DNA of 64,000 nucleotides from Candidatus Shapirobacteria bacterium (GCA_028704885.1 JAQWEN010000001.1:286679-350678); one strand, 5' to 3'. Shown: positions 54,387-64,000, counted from the stretch's first letter. Program-made: numbers and translations. Notes: generated from the sequence alone by a model not told the origin.

Positions 54387-54993
54387 ACTTGATGATTATA
54401 AAGCCAATTAAAATAAAAGATAGACTTAAAATTTGGCCGAGACTTAAAAAATAAATTGGAATAGTATCAAGACGAAGGAATTCTAAGAAGAATCGGATTA
54501 AACCATAATAGATTAGATAAATTCCAGTTTGATGAGATTTTGTTTTTTTAAGAATAAAAAACAAAAGAAACATTAAAATTGATTCGTAAAGCCAAATTGG
54601 CTGATTATTGATTCCATAAATTTCGTGATTAAAAAAATTACCAAAACGGCCTAAACTTTGACACAGAGGAATAATTGGAACGATTGTATTGGTGATTTTC
54701 AAAAAGGAAATTTTATTTATTTTAGAAAAAATAAAAATAAAGAGAAGACTAAAAATTAAAGCTCCAATAATTCCTAATCCTCCACCGCGAAGATTTAAAA
54801 TTTGGAGAGGATTTTTTAAAAAATAATCCCAATAATTGATGACAGAATAAAGACGAGCTCCGATTAAACCAGAAAATAAAAGTAAAAAGAGAAATAAATT
54901 TTCTTTGTTTTTAGAGATAACTTGATTATTTTTTTGGAAAAAAGTGATACCGATAACGAAACAGATTCCGAGGATTAAGCCGTAGATAGACAT
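54367..54993 (-). CDS. lgt: Prolipoprotein diacylglyceryl transferase
   Basis: YG, GARL, GG, GRFGNFFN.E.YG, LYES, RFFLEFLR. Confidence 0.92.
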   Translation of the reverse strand: MSIYGLILGICFVIGITFFQKNNQVISKNKENLFLFLLLFSGLIGARLYSVINYWDYFLKNPLQILNLRGGGLGIIGALIFSLLFIFIFSKINKISFLKITNTIVPIIPLCQSLGRFGNFFNHEIYGINNQPIWLYESILMFLLFFILKKTKSHQTGIYLIYYGLIRFFLEFLRLDTIPIYFLSLGQILSLSFILIGFIIIKYENSHN

Positions 54994-55070
54994 TGGTGGG
55001 TCCTGCGGGATTCGAACCCGCGACCAATTGCTTAAAAGGCAACTGCTCTACCGGACTGAGCTAAAGACCC
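54994..55070 (-). tRNA. tRNA-Lys(TTT)
   Basis: gttgc-ctTTTaa-gcaat; CCA encoded, abuts lgt ATG. Confidence 0.95.
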
Positions 55071-55075
55071 TTTTA

Positions 55076-55387
55076 TTAAATACTTCTGGCTTTGGGATCG
55101 CGTAGATAATACAATTTAGCGCGTCGAATTTTAGTCTTAGGTGATCTTAATTTTTTAATACTCTCAATCCAGGGAGAATTGACAGGAAAAATCCTTTCAA
55201 CCTTAACAGCGTCAGAAGCTGATTTTTGAACGATGAAATTTTTGTTTTCACCAGTTCCGGTGACGGCCAAAATAATACCGTCGAAAGCTTGTAATCTTTC
55301 TTTATCTTTTTCTTTAATTTTATAGTTGACCTTGATTGAGTCGCCAACAAAAAAATCTTGTTCTTTGTATGTAATTTTTAGGGACAT
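55076..55387 (-). CDS. rplS: 50S ribosomal protein L19
   Basis: GD.IKV, ERLQAFDG, VERIFP, RRAKLYYLR. Confidence 0.96.
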   Translation of the reverse strand: MSLKITYKEQDFFVGDSIKVNYKIKEKDKERLQAFDGIILAVTGTGENKNFIVQKSASDAVKVERIFPVNSPWIESIKKLRSPKTKIRRAKLYYLRDPKARSI

Positions 55388-55446
55388 ATTGGTGTTAAAT
55401 TTATGCTTTGAAATTATATCAAAGTAAACTTGGCTAGTCTAGCAAG

Positions 55447-58400
55447 CTAATTCTTGTTTGACAAGAGGATATTATCTATTTGTTCTTGAAGCTTTTCATT
55501 GTAATTTACGCCATAATTGAGTGGAATGTTCTTTCCATTGGGAAGAATTATCAAACCTCGATGACCATTAGGATTATTTTTAAGTAAACTATTTAACTCC
55601 ATTAGTTGATTTTGGCTGGCAGATTTAGGAACAGTAATGACAAAATCATATTTAGAAGACGTTTTAGGTGGATCTAAACTAATGGAATCAATTAAAATTG
55701 AAAAATTACCTTCTCTAATATTGGTTTTTCCTTCGATATAATAGGCCTTATTTTCAGCCAAAATACTTTCGACGATGTCAAAAATTTTTGGAAAAACAAC
55801 AGCTTCTATTTTTCCAGTTTCATCTTCCAGAGTTAAAAAGGCCATTTTGGCATTATTTTTTTTAGTCCGAATTATTTTTAATTTAGTTAAAGATGTAGCT
55901 ATTTTTATTGAAACATCGGCACTTTTTTGAATAATTTCGGAAATTTTTGGAAGCCCCAAAGTTTGAAAAGGAAGAAGAAGTTTACTAATTGGATTTTCGG
56001 TGACGTAAATTCCGAGAAGTTCTTTTTCCATCATTAATTTTTCATTTTCAGTCATGGGGGGGACATTTTCAAAAACATCTGGAGGAGCAATTATTTTAGT
56101 GTTATCTTCAGTTGGGGCATCGAAAAGACTAAATTGTCCATTACTTTTTTTAGCATTTAATCGGTCACAGTCAGATCGGATTTTTTCGATTGAAGCTAAA
56201 ATGGCATTTCTTTCACCAAATTGATCAAAAACACCAACTTTAATTAAACTTTCAATAACTCTTTTGTTAATTTTTTGATTATCAACCCTAAGACAAAAAT
56301 CACTGACACTAAGGAATGAACCATTGTCATTTCTTTCGTTAACAATGTTTTCAATAGCGGCTTCGCCAACATTTTTAATTCCACTAAAACCAAAGCGGAT
56401 AGCTAGTCCACCAAATGACTCAGAGTTGTTCTCCATTTCAAAACCACTACTGGATTTATTAATGTCAGGAGGATTAATGATTATGCCCATGTGACGGCAT
56501 TCGGTGACACCGTCGGTAATTTTGTCAGCATCATCAGATTCGGCAGTCAAAAGGGCACACATATATTCGGCGGGAAAATTGGCTTTCATGTAGGCAGTTC
56601 GATAAGAAAGCATGCCATAGGAGGCAGCATGAGCCTTATTGAAACCGTAAGAAGTGAATGGTTGAATATAACTGAAAATTTCTTCGGCTTTTTCTTTGGT
56701 ATAACCATTGGTAATACAACCATTAATAAATTTTTCTTTCTGGATAGCCATTTCTTCGGGAATTTTTTTACCGATAGCTTTTCTAAATTTATCAACTTCA
56801 GTCCAATTGTAACCAGCAAGTTCGATGGCGGTATATAAACAGTCATCTTGATAAACCAAGAGACCATAGGAGTTTTTTAAAAATTTCTCCATTTTTGGAT
56901 CAAAATAAGAGATTTTAGCAGTGCCATTTTTACGAGCAATATATTCTGGAATAATGGCCATTGGGCCAGGGCGATAAAGAGCCACCATGGCCATTAAATC
57001 TTCGACACGATTTGGTTTCAGTTCTTTGATCCATTTGGTCATTCCCTCGCCAGATAATTGAAAAACACCCATAGTATCACCGCGAGAAAGCATATCGAAA
57101 GTTTTTTTATCATCGAGAGGAATTTTTCTTAAATTAACTTCATTTTTTTTAGTTTTTCGGACATTAACCACAGCTTGACCTAAAAAGGAAAGATTTCTAA
57201 TTCCAAGAATATCGAATTTAATCAAACCAACATCTTCGGCGGCATGCATTTCATATTGAGTAATAATTTTGTCACCACCGGTTTCAGTTTGAGTGGGAGA
57301 AAATTCATTAATGGTTGAGGGTGAAACAACGACAGCACAAGCATGAACACCAATTTGGCGGGCACATCCTTCAATTTGTTTAGCCATTTCAATAATTTTT
57401 TTAGTATCGGGATCGGTTTCGTAAAGATTTTTTAATTCAGGAGTAGTATCGATGGCTTTTTCAAGAGACATGGGAAAACCTTGTGATCCCATGGGAATTA
57501 ATTTGCTGATTTTGTCGGCAAAAGCATATTCATAACCTAAAACCCGGGCAGTATCACGAACAGCGTTTTTAGCCATCATTCGCCCAAAAGTACATATTTG
57601 AGCGACGGCATCTTTGCCATATTGATCAATAATATGATAAAGCATTCCTTGTCGTTTATCGTCAGCGATATCCAAATCAATATCTGGAGGAGAGGGGCGA
57701 TCTTTGTTTAAAAACCTTTCAAAAGGGAGAGTATAGATTAAAGGGTCGACAGAAGTAATACCTAAAACAAAGGCAACTAAACAACCGCCAGCAGAACCTC
57801 TGGTGTTGGTAGCAGTATCATTTTCTTCGGCCCATTGAATAAAATCTTTTTCAATTAAAAAATAAGCAGCATAGCCCTTATTACAAATAACATCCAATTC
57901 ATAATCGAGACGATCAATAATATTTTGATTTAATTTATTGCCGTAATATTCATGAGCACATTTATCGACTAAATCTTTTAAAGCTTCTTCAGCTGTTTTA
58001 TTTTCTGGTAATTTAAATTTAGGAAAATACCAATTACCCAATTCGATTTCAACATTACATTTTTCGGCTATTTTTACAGTATTTTCTAAAGCATCTGGAA
58101 CATCGGCAAATTGTTGGGCCATTTCTTCAGGTGATTTAATATAAAAATCTGGGGTAGCCATCATACTCATGCGTTTAGTGTCATTGACAGTAGTTTGCGT
58201 ATTAATCATCACTAGGACATCTTGAGCAAAAGCATCTCCTTTTTTAAGATAATGGGCATCATTGGTGGCAATTAGAGGAATGCCTAACTCTCGGCTAATT
58301 TTAATTATGCCTTCATTGGCAATATCTTGTTCTTTTAATCCTTGATGGCGTTGAATTTCGAGATAATAATCTTCACCAAAAAGATCTTGAAAATCTTTGG

Positions 58401-58872
58401 CTCTAGACTTGGCTTTTTCATAATTATTATCAATAATAAATTGTCCAATTTCTCCTTCAATACAGGCACTAGTACAAATTAATCCTTCGTGATATCTTTG
58501 TAAGATTTCCCAATCTATGCGTGGTTTATAATAGTAACCTTCGATATGGGCGATGCTGACTAATTTCATTAGGTTTTTATAACCTTTGTTATTTTTAGCT
58601 AATAAAATTAAATGATTATTTTTGCGGTTAGCAGTTGATTTTTCAAGTCGACTGTTGGGAGAGATATATACTTCACAACCAATAATGGGTTTAACTTCAT
58701 TTTTTTGACAAGCTTTATAAAACTCAATGGCACCATACATATTGCCATGATCAGTGATAGCAATGGAATTCATTCCCATTTCTTTAATAAAGGGAATTAG
58801 TTTTTTGATTTTGGTTAGGCCGTCAAGAAGAGAATATTCAGTGTGAACGTGTAGGTGAACAAAATTAGCCAT
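55447..58872 (-). CDS. dnaE: DNA polymerase III alpha subunit
   Basis: HLHVHTEYSLLDG, RGSAG, PDIDLD, YGFNKAH, OB fold. Confidence 0.98.
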   Translation of the reverse strand: MANFVHLHVHTEYSLLDGLTKIKKLIPFIKEMGMNSIAITDHGNMYGAIEFYKACQKNEVKPIIGCEVYISPNSRLEKSTANRKNNHLILLAKNNKGYKNLMKLVSIAHIEGYYYKPRIDWEILQRYHEGLICTSACIEGEIGQFIIDNNYEKAKSRAKDFQDLFGEDYYLEIQRHQGLKEQDIANEGIIKISRELGIPLIATNDAHYLKKGDAFAQDVLVMINTQTTVNDTKRMSMMATPDFYIKSPEEMAQQFADVPDALENTVKIAEKCNVEIELGNWYFPKFKLPENKTAEEALKDLVDKCAHEYYGNKLNQNIIDRLDYELDVICNKGYAAYFLIEKDFIQWAEENDTATNTRGSAGGCLVAFVLGITSVDPLIYTLPFERFLNKDRPSPPDIDLDIADDKRQGMLYHIIDQYGKDAVAQICTFGRMMAKNAVRDTARVLGYEYAFADKISKLIPMGSQGFPMSLEKAIDTTPELKNLYETDPDTKKIIEMAKQIEGCARQIGVHACAVVVSPSTINEFSPTQTETGGDKIITQYEMHAAEDVGLIKFDILGIRNLSFLGQAVVNVRKTKKNEVNLRKIPLDDKKTFDMLSRGDTMGVFQLSGEGMTKWIKELKPNRVEDLMAMVALYRPGPMAIIPEYIARKNGTAKISYFDPKMEKFLKNSYGLLVYQDDCLYTAIELAGYNWTEVDKFRKAIGKKIPEEMAIQKEKFINGCITNGYTKEKAEEIFSYIQPFTSYGFNKAHAASYGMLSYRTAYMKANFPAEYMCALLTAESDDADKITDGVTECRHMGIIINPPDINKSSSGFEMENNSESFGGLAIRFGFSGIKNVGEAAIENIVNERNDNGSFLSVSDFCLRVDNQKINKRVIESLIKVGVFDQFGERNAILASIEKIRSDCDRLNAKKSNGQFSLFDAPTEDNTKIIAPPDVFENVPPMTENEKLMMEKELLGIYVTENPISKLLLPFQTLGLPKISEIIQKSADVSIKIATSLTKLKIIRTKKNNAKMAFLTLEDETGKIEAVVFPKIFDIVESILAENKAYYIEGKTNIREGNFSILIDSISLDPPKTSSKYDFVITVPKSASQNQLMELNSLLKNNPNGHRGLIILPNGKNIPLNYGVNYNEKLQEQIDNILLSNKN

Positions 58873-58908
58873 GATCTATATTGTAAAAGATTTCGAGGCA
58901 AAATGAAA

Positions 58909-60714
58909 CTAAATTTCGCTAGATAAAATTTTGGCGACAGATTCAGGAATAGGAACTTCTTTTTGATTTTTATCGATGTATTTAAGACAATTGTCTTGAT
59001 AAAGGCTTTCAACAAAAGAGATCAATGGTCGATTTTGTTTACTTTCCGGTTTTTTAATTTCGGATTTATATCTTTTTAGATAATCAAAAAACAATTTTTG
59101 GGCAAATAAAGCTTTACTTTTTGGTGAAATATCATCAGAGGCAAATTTATGAATACCGCGATCAACAAAACTGGACATACCTAGGGACAAAATTTTTTTA
59201 GAATTGCCTAAGCAAGCATTATAAAGATCGTTATTGGTTTTGTCTTTTTTACCAATTGATTCGAGATCATTAAAAATAATATCGAAAAATTTTTCGATAG
59301 CATTATTGCTGATTATTTGGTTTAATAATTCTTCGCGATTACAGCGAGGATTAATAATAGTGTAGGAATCGTATTCTTTGTAAATTTTAGACAAGGATTT
59401 ATTAAATTGTTTGTCATTTTTTTTACCATCTAATCCAAAGAGACCTTCTTGTTGATAAAAATTACCTCGAGTATCCATGCCTATGATGTACATCAAAAGA
59501 GCATCGTATAGGTTAGGCAGGGTGGCATCATCAAAATAAAGATGGGCAAAATCGAAAGATAATTGATTTTCTGGTTTAAAAATTTCGCAATATTGACTAC
59601 TTTTATTTTGTTGATGTTCAATAAAATAACTTCTGAGTTTGTCAAAAAAGTGAACGGTAGCTTCTAATTTTTCAACACCTATAGTTTTTATAACGGCTTC
59701 TTGATTCTTTTTTTTTGATTCATCTCGGACACGAGTGATAGTAGATACGTATTTAAGACTATTAATGGCATCGTACCATTGATGATATTGTTCTGATGGT
59801 AAAATTTGAGGGTTAATATGTGGATTTTCTTTCAAAATTTTTTGTTCATTGATATACTTTTGATCTTTGTCAATCAATTCAATGATGGGAGAAATAGAAA
59901 CAAAATTAAAGGTTTGGCGAATTAAATTAATGGCGGCTTTTTCTTGTTCTGGTGAATATTTATCAAAATCGATTTTGAATAAAAATTCATCTCCACCAGC
60001 CTGTTTTCGAGAGGGAGTAATTAAAAGTTTTTCGTTTTTGAATTTTTTTAGAAGATCTTTGGCTTTTGGATTTTTGACAAAGAAATTATTTAAAGTATCA
60101 GATTCAAGTATATTTTCAGTGTCAGGTGAGTAAACGGTATTTTTTTGATCAATAGATAAGTATTGGGAGATGGCAAGATTAATTTCGGAAAGGTTTTTGA
60201 TTCTGTTATCAGTTTCACTAATACCAAGCAAGACATTGCTTTCTTTAAGTTTTTTTAAATCTACAACTAAGAAAACAATATTGTTTATTTGGGAACCTTC
60301 TTTTTTGTTAATTAAATCGGAAAGTTGAAGTGCAGTCTCTTCTTTGATGTAATTTAGTAAAACCAATCCTGTTTGTTTATCATAATTACTGTCTTGGCAT
60401 TCTTTAATATTTTCATAGAAAGATAATCTGTCTTGATCGATTTTCTTTTGTTTTTCAAGGTATTCAGAATAAGGTGTGTTTTCTTTTTGGAGATCTAAAA
60501 ATTTTTGCTGTTCCTGAATAATATCGTATGTTTTTTGAAAATAATCTTGTTTTTTTCTGGGTAAACCTTGCCATACTCGAGAAGGTTTGACTATAATTTC
60601 ATTTGGATTTTCTTTTGATCCTCGGATTTTTATTTCTTCACCAAAGTTGTGTAAAATCTCGGCAAAAGTTGAAGACACGTCAATATTTGGTGGTTTATTT
60701 TTTTCTAAGGACAT
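58909..60714 (-). CDS. Hypothetical protein with divergent GGDEF (diguanylate cyclase-like) domain
   Basis: DKQTGL; FLVVDLKKLKESNVLLGISETD; RKQAGGDEFLF. Confidence 0.65.
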   Translation of the reverse strand: MSLEKNKPPNIDVSSTFAEILHNFGEEIKIRGSKENPNEIIVKPSRVWQGLPRKKQDYFQKTYDIIQEQQKFLDLQKENTPYSEYLEKQKKIDQDRLSFYENIKECQDSNYDKQTGLVLLNYIKEETALQLSDLINKKEGSQINNIVFLVVDLKKLKESNVLLGISETDNRIKNLSEINLAISQYLSIDQKNTVYSPDTENILESDTLNNFFVKNPKAKDLLKKFKNEKLLITPSRKQAGGDEFLFKIDFDKYSPEQEKAAINLIRQTFNFVSISPIIELIDKDQKYINEQKILKENPHINPQILPSEQYHQWYDAINSLKYVSTITRVRDESKKKNQEAVIKTIGVEKLEATVHFFDKLRSYFIEHQQNKSSQYCEIFKPENQLSFDFAHLYFDDATLPNLYDALLMYIIGMDTRGNFYQQEGLFGLDGKKNDKQFNKSLSKIYKEYDSYTIINPRCNREELLNQIISNNAIEKFFDIIFNDLESIGKKDKTNNDLYNACLGNSKKILSLGMSSFVDRGIHKFASDDISPKSKALFAQKLFFDYLKRYKSEIKKPESKQNRPLISFVESLYQDNCLKYIDKNQKEVPIPESVAKILSSEI

Positions 60715-60725
60715 TAAGGAATAAA

Positions 60726-60890
60726 TTAATTAGCTGCTTTTTCGATAGAAGAAGTAACTTGTTTATTAGGATTCTGATCTGCTTGGGTTCTGCGTATTCC
60801 TTCCATGAAGGCTTCACGAGCTAAACTGGCTAAAAAATTAACTTCAATATTAGTAACAGTTAATCTTTCGGTTGTTATTGATTTTGGCAT
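60726..60890 (-). CDS. Small hypothetical protein (54 aa)
   Basis: Not in ORF track. MPKSITTERLTVTNIEVNFLASLAREAFMEGIRRTQADQNPNKQVTSSIEKAAN; TGn-TACAAT 9 nt upstream; fills intergenic gap. Confidence 0.6.
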   Translation of the reverse strand: MPKSITTERLTVTNIEVNFLASLAREAFMEGIRRTQADQNPNKQVTSSIEKAAN

Positions 60891-60930
60891 ATGTTGGGTA
60901 TTGTAACATACTGTTTTCAGTAAATCTAAT

Positions 60931-61818
60931 TTATAGCATCTTTTTTAACATATTTATTCTGTCTTCAATGGGCGGATGAGTTGAAAAAAGACTGGCAATT
61001 TTATTACCCTTAAAAGGATTACTGATGTAAAGAGAGGCAGTGGCAGTGGAAGCAGTTTCAAATTTATTGGTATCACTGGAAATTTTTTGAAGAGCATCAA
61101 TTAAACCTTGAGGTTGGCGAGTTAATTTAACTCCGGAAGCGTCGGCTAAAAATTCACGACGACGAGAAATAGCCAATTGAATTAATTGAGCGATAATGGG
61201 GGCAAAAATTATCAAAATTAGACCAATAATGGCAAAAATACCACCATTATCGTCGTCATTATCACGGTTACGACCGCCAAAAAAAGAAGCGCGAGTGGCA
61301 GTATTAATGAGAATAGAAAGGGTGCCGATTAAGATACTGACGATCATCATTAATCTGATGTCGTAATTTTTAATATGAGAAAGTTCATGGGCAACAACAG
61401 CTTCAAGTTCAGTGCGATTTAGTTTTTCAAGTAAACCAGTGGTAGCACAAATTAGGGCATGTTCTGGATCACGTCCGGTGGCAAAAGCGTTCATGGCCGG
61501 ACTGTCGATGACATAAATTTTGGGAACAGGAGTGTCATTGGCCAGACTTAAATTTTCAGTGACGGTATAAAAATCAAAAAATTCTTTGCGAGTGACGGGT
61601 TTGGCATTGTTTAGGCCAACAACTATTTTGTCACCCCAAAAATAACTGACTCCGGACATAAAAAAGGAAATGATTAGGGCAAAAATAATATATTCATTAC
61701 CGTAGCCAAAAGCACGAGAAATAAAATAAACAGCCAGAGAAATAAAGGCGATGAATAGGCTAATAATTAGACCAGATTTAAACTTGTTTTGATTTACCTG
61801 CTCATAAACGTTAATCAT
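60931..61818 (-). CDS. htpX: M48 zinc metalloprotease HtpX
   Basis: NAFATG, HELSH, ISRRREFLAD, FSTHPP. Confidence 0.95.
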   Translation of the reverse strand: MINVYEQVNQNKFKSGLIISLFIAFISLAVYFISRAFGYGNEYIIFALIISFFMSGVSYFWGDKIVVGLNNAKPVTRKEFFDFYTVTENLSLANDTPVPKIYVIDSPAMNAFATGRDPEHALICATTGLLEKLNRTELEAVVAHELSHIKNYDIRLMMIVSILIGTLSILINTATRASFFGGRNRDNDDDNGGIFAIIGLILIIFAPIIAQLIQLAISRRREFLADASGVKLTRQPQGLIDALQKISSDTNKFETASTATASLYISNPFKGNKIASLFSTHPPIEDRINMLKKML

Positions 61819-61820
61819 AA

Positions 61821-62399
61821 TTAGAGTTGAACTTTGGGATTTTTGGTTTCTTCTTCTGACACTTTCAATTGGTCAGTATTGGTTGGAGTAATTAAACCTG
61901 CTTCTGGTTTAAAACCAAAAATTGGGGCAATCCAAAGACCGGGAATGGTGGAAATAGTTGTATTATAATCGGCGGTAAGATCGATTAAAGTTCTTCGAGA
62001 ATACATTAATTTATCAGCTGTATCACGAAGTTCATCCATTAAATTAGAGACTAAAGCAGAAGCTTTAATTTCCGGATTACTTTCCATGACAACTTTAATT
62101 GAGCCAAGAACTTTATTAATTAAATCTTGGGATTTGTCTAAAGCTTTTTGATCATTGGTTTTAACAGCTTGATCAATTGACTTTCGAGCTTCGGTTAATT
62201 GGTCAAAAATCCCCTTTTCGTGAGTCATATAACCTTTAACAGAATCAACAAGATTGGGAATTAAATTGGCTTGACGTTTTAATTGATTACCAATTTCTTG
62301 AATGGAGGCTTTAATTCTAACCTGGGCGGTTTTTAATTTATTAAAGAAGAGAGCAATATATAAAAAGATTACGGCTAAAACAACTAAAAAGTATGGCAT
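61821..62399 (-). CDS. lemA: LemA family protein
   Basis: QLKRQANLIPNLV..VKGY..HE; upstream of htpX. Confidence 0.93.
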   Translation of the reverse strand: MPYFLVVLAVIFLYIALFFNKLKTAQVRIKASIQEIGNQLKRQANLIPNLVDSVKGYMTHEKGIFDQLTEARKSIDQAVKTNDQKALDKSQDLINKVLGSIKVVMESNPEIKASALVSNLMDELRDTADKLMYSRRTLIDLTADYNTTISTIPGLWIAPIFGFKPEAGLITPTNTDQLKVSEEETKNPKVQL

Positions 62400-62406
62400 A
62401 GGTTAA

Positions 62407-63444
62407 TTAACTTTTAATAGTTTTATTATAGCATTTTTGAGCAATTTCAATTTCATCTTCACCGACTCTTTTCTGAGGTTCAATGTAGCAAAGTTTAAGA
62501 AAATTATAGAGTTTTTCTTCATCTTCAAAAGTGTGTATTTTACCTGTTTTTAGGTCTTTTATTCCGTGTTCTGAAACAGAATAATTTAAATTAAGCGCAT
62601 GTTTACGTAAATTAATGTTGTGGTTTTTTGAACCAGTCGAATGTTGGATCAAAGAAGCAAAATTTTTAGCCGGCTGAACCATTAAGTCGACCCGAATGTT
62701 ATTAACAATTAAAATAGAGGCTTTTTGAGTACCTTTATTAATAATCTGAATTTTTTCGGGATAATTTATAAAATGATTTAAAATTTCTTCATTATTAGTA
62801 CTTTTGGCGGCAAGATCGATATCACCGACAGTATCGGAAAGACGACGAAGACTGCCGAGAGGAATAAATTCAGTTTTGGGGAATTTTAGGTGTAAATAAT
62901 CAATAATTTTATTAGAAATATTTTGGGCCTCTTTTAGAGACATACGTCTTTGAAGTCCTAAGAAATTTAGAGTATTAGTTAAAATTAATTGTTCTGATTT
63001 TTGGCCAAATCTGGGAATATTTTTAATTTTGCCATTTTTAGCATATTCAATCAATTCACTTAGGGCTTTTTCTGGATCATTAGAGAATTTTAATTTTTTG
63101 GTAAGTTTATGAGCGATTTTGGCACCAATGCCGTTTATTTTAGTAAAAGTAAAAACCGCAGGATGAATGTTTTTAAAAGCTTTAATAATGTGGGGATGGT
63201 ATTTATTGTACTTAAATAAATAATTAATTTTTTCCATTATATTTGGTCCAATATTGGGGATATTATCCAATTCACAAGGATCTTTTTTCCAAATTTCTTG
63301 AAGAGATTTGGGATAAGAAATGACGGTTTCAGCGGCGTTTTGGTAGGATAGGATTCGAAAAATATTTTTTTTCTTAATTTCGTAGGCAGTGGCAATGTTC
63401 TGCAAAAATTCAGCAATTTCAGCATTACTGTAAATTTTGTTCAT
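62407..63444 (-). CDS. polX: DNA polymerase X family (no PHP domain)
   Basis: HhH IPNIG/INGIG; GSLRR, GDIDL, RVDL, TGSK.HN. Confidence 0.92.
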   Translation of the reverse strand: MNKIYSNAEIAEFLQNIATAYEIKKKNIFRILSYQNAAETVISYPKSLQEIWKKDPCELDNIPNIGPNIMEKINYLFKYNKYHPHIIKAFKNIHPAVFTFTKINGIGAKIAHKLTKKLKFSNDPEKALSELIEYAKNGKIKNIPRFGQKSEQLILTNTLNFLGLQRRMSLKEAQNISNKIIDYLHLKFPKTEFIPLGSLRRLSDTVGDIDLAAKSTNNEEILNHFINYPEKIQIINKGTQKASILIVNNIRVDLMVQPAKNFASLIQHSTGSKNHNINLRKHALNLNYSVSEHGIKDLKTGKIHTFEDEEKLYNFLKLCYIEPQKRVGEDEIEIAQKCYNKTIKS

Positions 63445-63521
63445 AAGATATTTTAGATCAAAAATTGATTTGTTGTTTGTTGTGGTAAGTTTTGGTATAG
63501 TATCAAGGTAATTAGACCCAA

Positions 63522-63595
63522 GGGCTCGTGGTGCAGCGGTCTAGCACATCCGCCTGTCACGCGGAAGATCGTGGGTTCGAATCCCATCGGGCCCG
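63522..63595 (+). tRNA. tRNA-Asp(GTC)
   Basis: tccgc-ctGTCac-gcgga. Confidence 0.95.
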
Positions 63596-63603
63596 CTTAA
63601 CGC

Positions 63604-63629
63604 AAATCCCCTACTTTAGGGGATTTTTT
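63604..63629 (+). terminator. Rho-independent terminator
   Basis: aaatccccta-ctt-taggggatttttt. Confidence 0.85.
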
Positions 63630-63647
63630 GATGATTACGACTATTAT

Positions 63648-64000
63648 TTATAGTAATTCAAATTCTTTAAATAATTCTTTGGTGTGTTTTAATTGATTTG
63701 GAAAAACAAGATATTTGAAAGATTCTTTAATGTTGACCCAAATAGCTTTTTTTAGTTCATCTTGTTGAATATTAATACTTGAGGAATCTCCTAAATATTT
63801 AACTAAAAATTGGGATCGTTGTTGTCCTCGCCAAGTTTTACCTTTTTCTAATAATTTTCTTTCAACAACCTCGTTGGGCCATTCATATTTATCGATACGG
63901 GAACTTTTTTTGATTATTATAAATTTGTTTGTCCCTAATTCCTCATAAAGTTCTCTTAAAATTGTTTGCTCATCAGTTTCATTTTCTTCAACTCCACCTC
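63648..64000 (-). CDS. Nudix hydrolase (5' end outside window), RppH-like
   Basis: Not in ORF track. GGVEENETDEQTILRELYEELGT Nudix box; WRGQQRSQF. Confidence 0.85.
   Translation of the reverse strand, partial: GGVEENETDEQTILRELYEELGTNKFIIIKKSSRIDKYEWPNEVVERKLLEKGKTWRGQQRSQFLVKYLGDSSSINIQQDELKKAIWVNIKESFKYLVFPNQLKHTKELFKEFELL

Noticed and set aside
13448-63425. Other antisense/nested ORFs in the track (e.g. 15611-15946, 16628-16975, 24682-25002, 47131-47373, 56491-56838, 59867-60133)
   Set aside because: Fully inside well-supported genes, no motifs or start signals
42320-63444. Split PolX-PHP system (stand-alone PHP at 42320 complementing PHP-less PolX)
   Set aside because: Genes are 19 kb apart and nothing in the sequence links them
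30965-63595. Leaderless tRNAs bypassing RNase P as in Nanoarchaeum
   Set aside because: -10 to tRNA distances vary from 8 to 20 nt and several tRNAs are polycistronic, so 5' processing is still needed

Overview
AT-rich, very compact bacterial chromosome segment of about 80 CDS and 15 tRNAs. Gene content points to a Patescibacteria/CPR organism of the Microgenomates group (inference): a secretin-less type IV pilus locus with 10 pilin-like genes, domain-trimmed tig/thrS/pheT, and a DUF5660-like gene. It contains ligA (partial), a Fic protein, a beta-CASP nuclease, the pil cluster, translation and replication housekeeping genes, two tRNA clusters, lexA, ppsA, buk, dnaE and polX. No CRISPR array, rRNA, transposase or prophage was seen. 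Most notable: (1) a full archaeal/eukaryotic-type DRG GTPase; (2) an insertion-expanded orphan GGDEF protein with a small upstream ORF; (3) two unannotated structured RNA candidates, a promoter+terminator sRNA with an anti-SD-like loop before efp and a 68-nt GU-rich GNRA hairpin inside a tRNA operon; (4) two CIRCE-variant palindromes away from chaperone genes; (5) pervasive leaderless promoters and tRNA punctuation of an mRNA; (6) REP-like palindromes and heptamer repeats lying in frame inside essential genes. All calls come from reading the sequence by eye; no searches were run.
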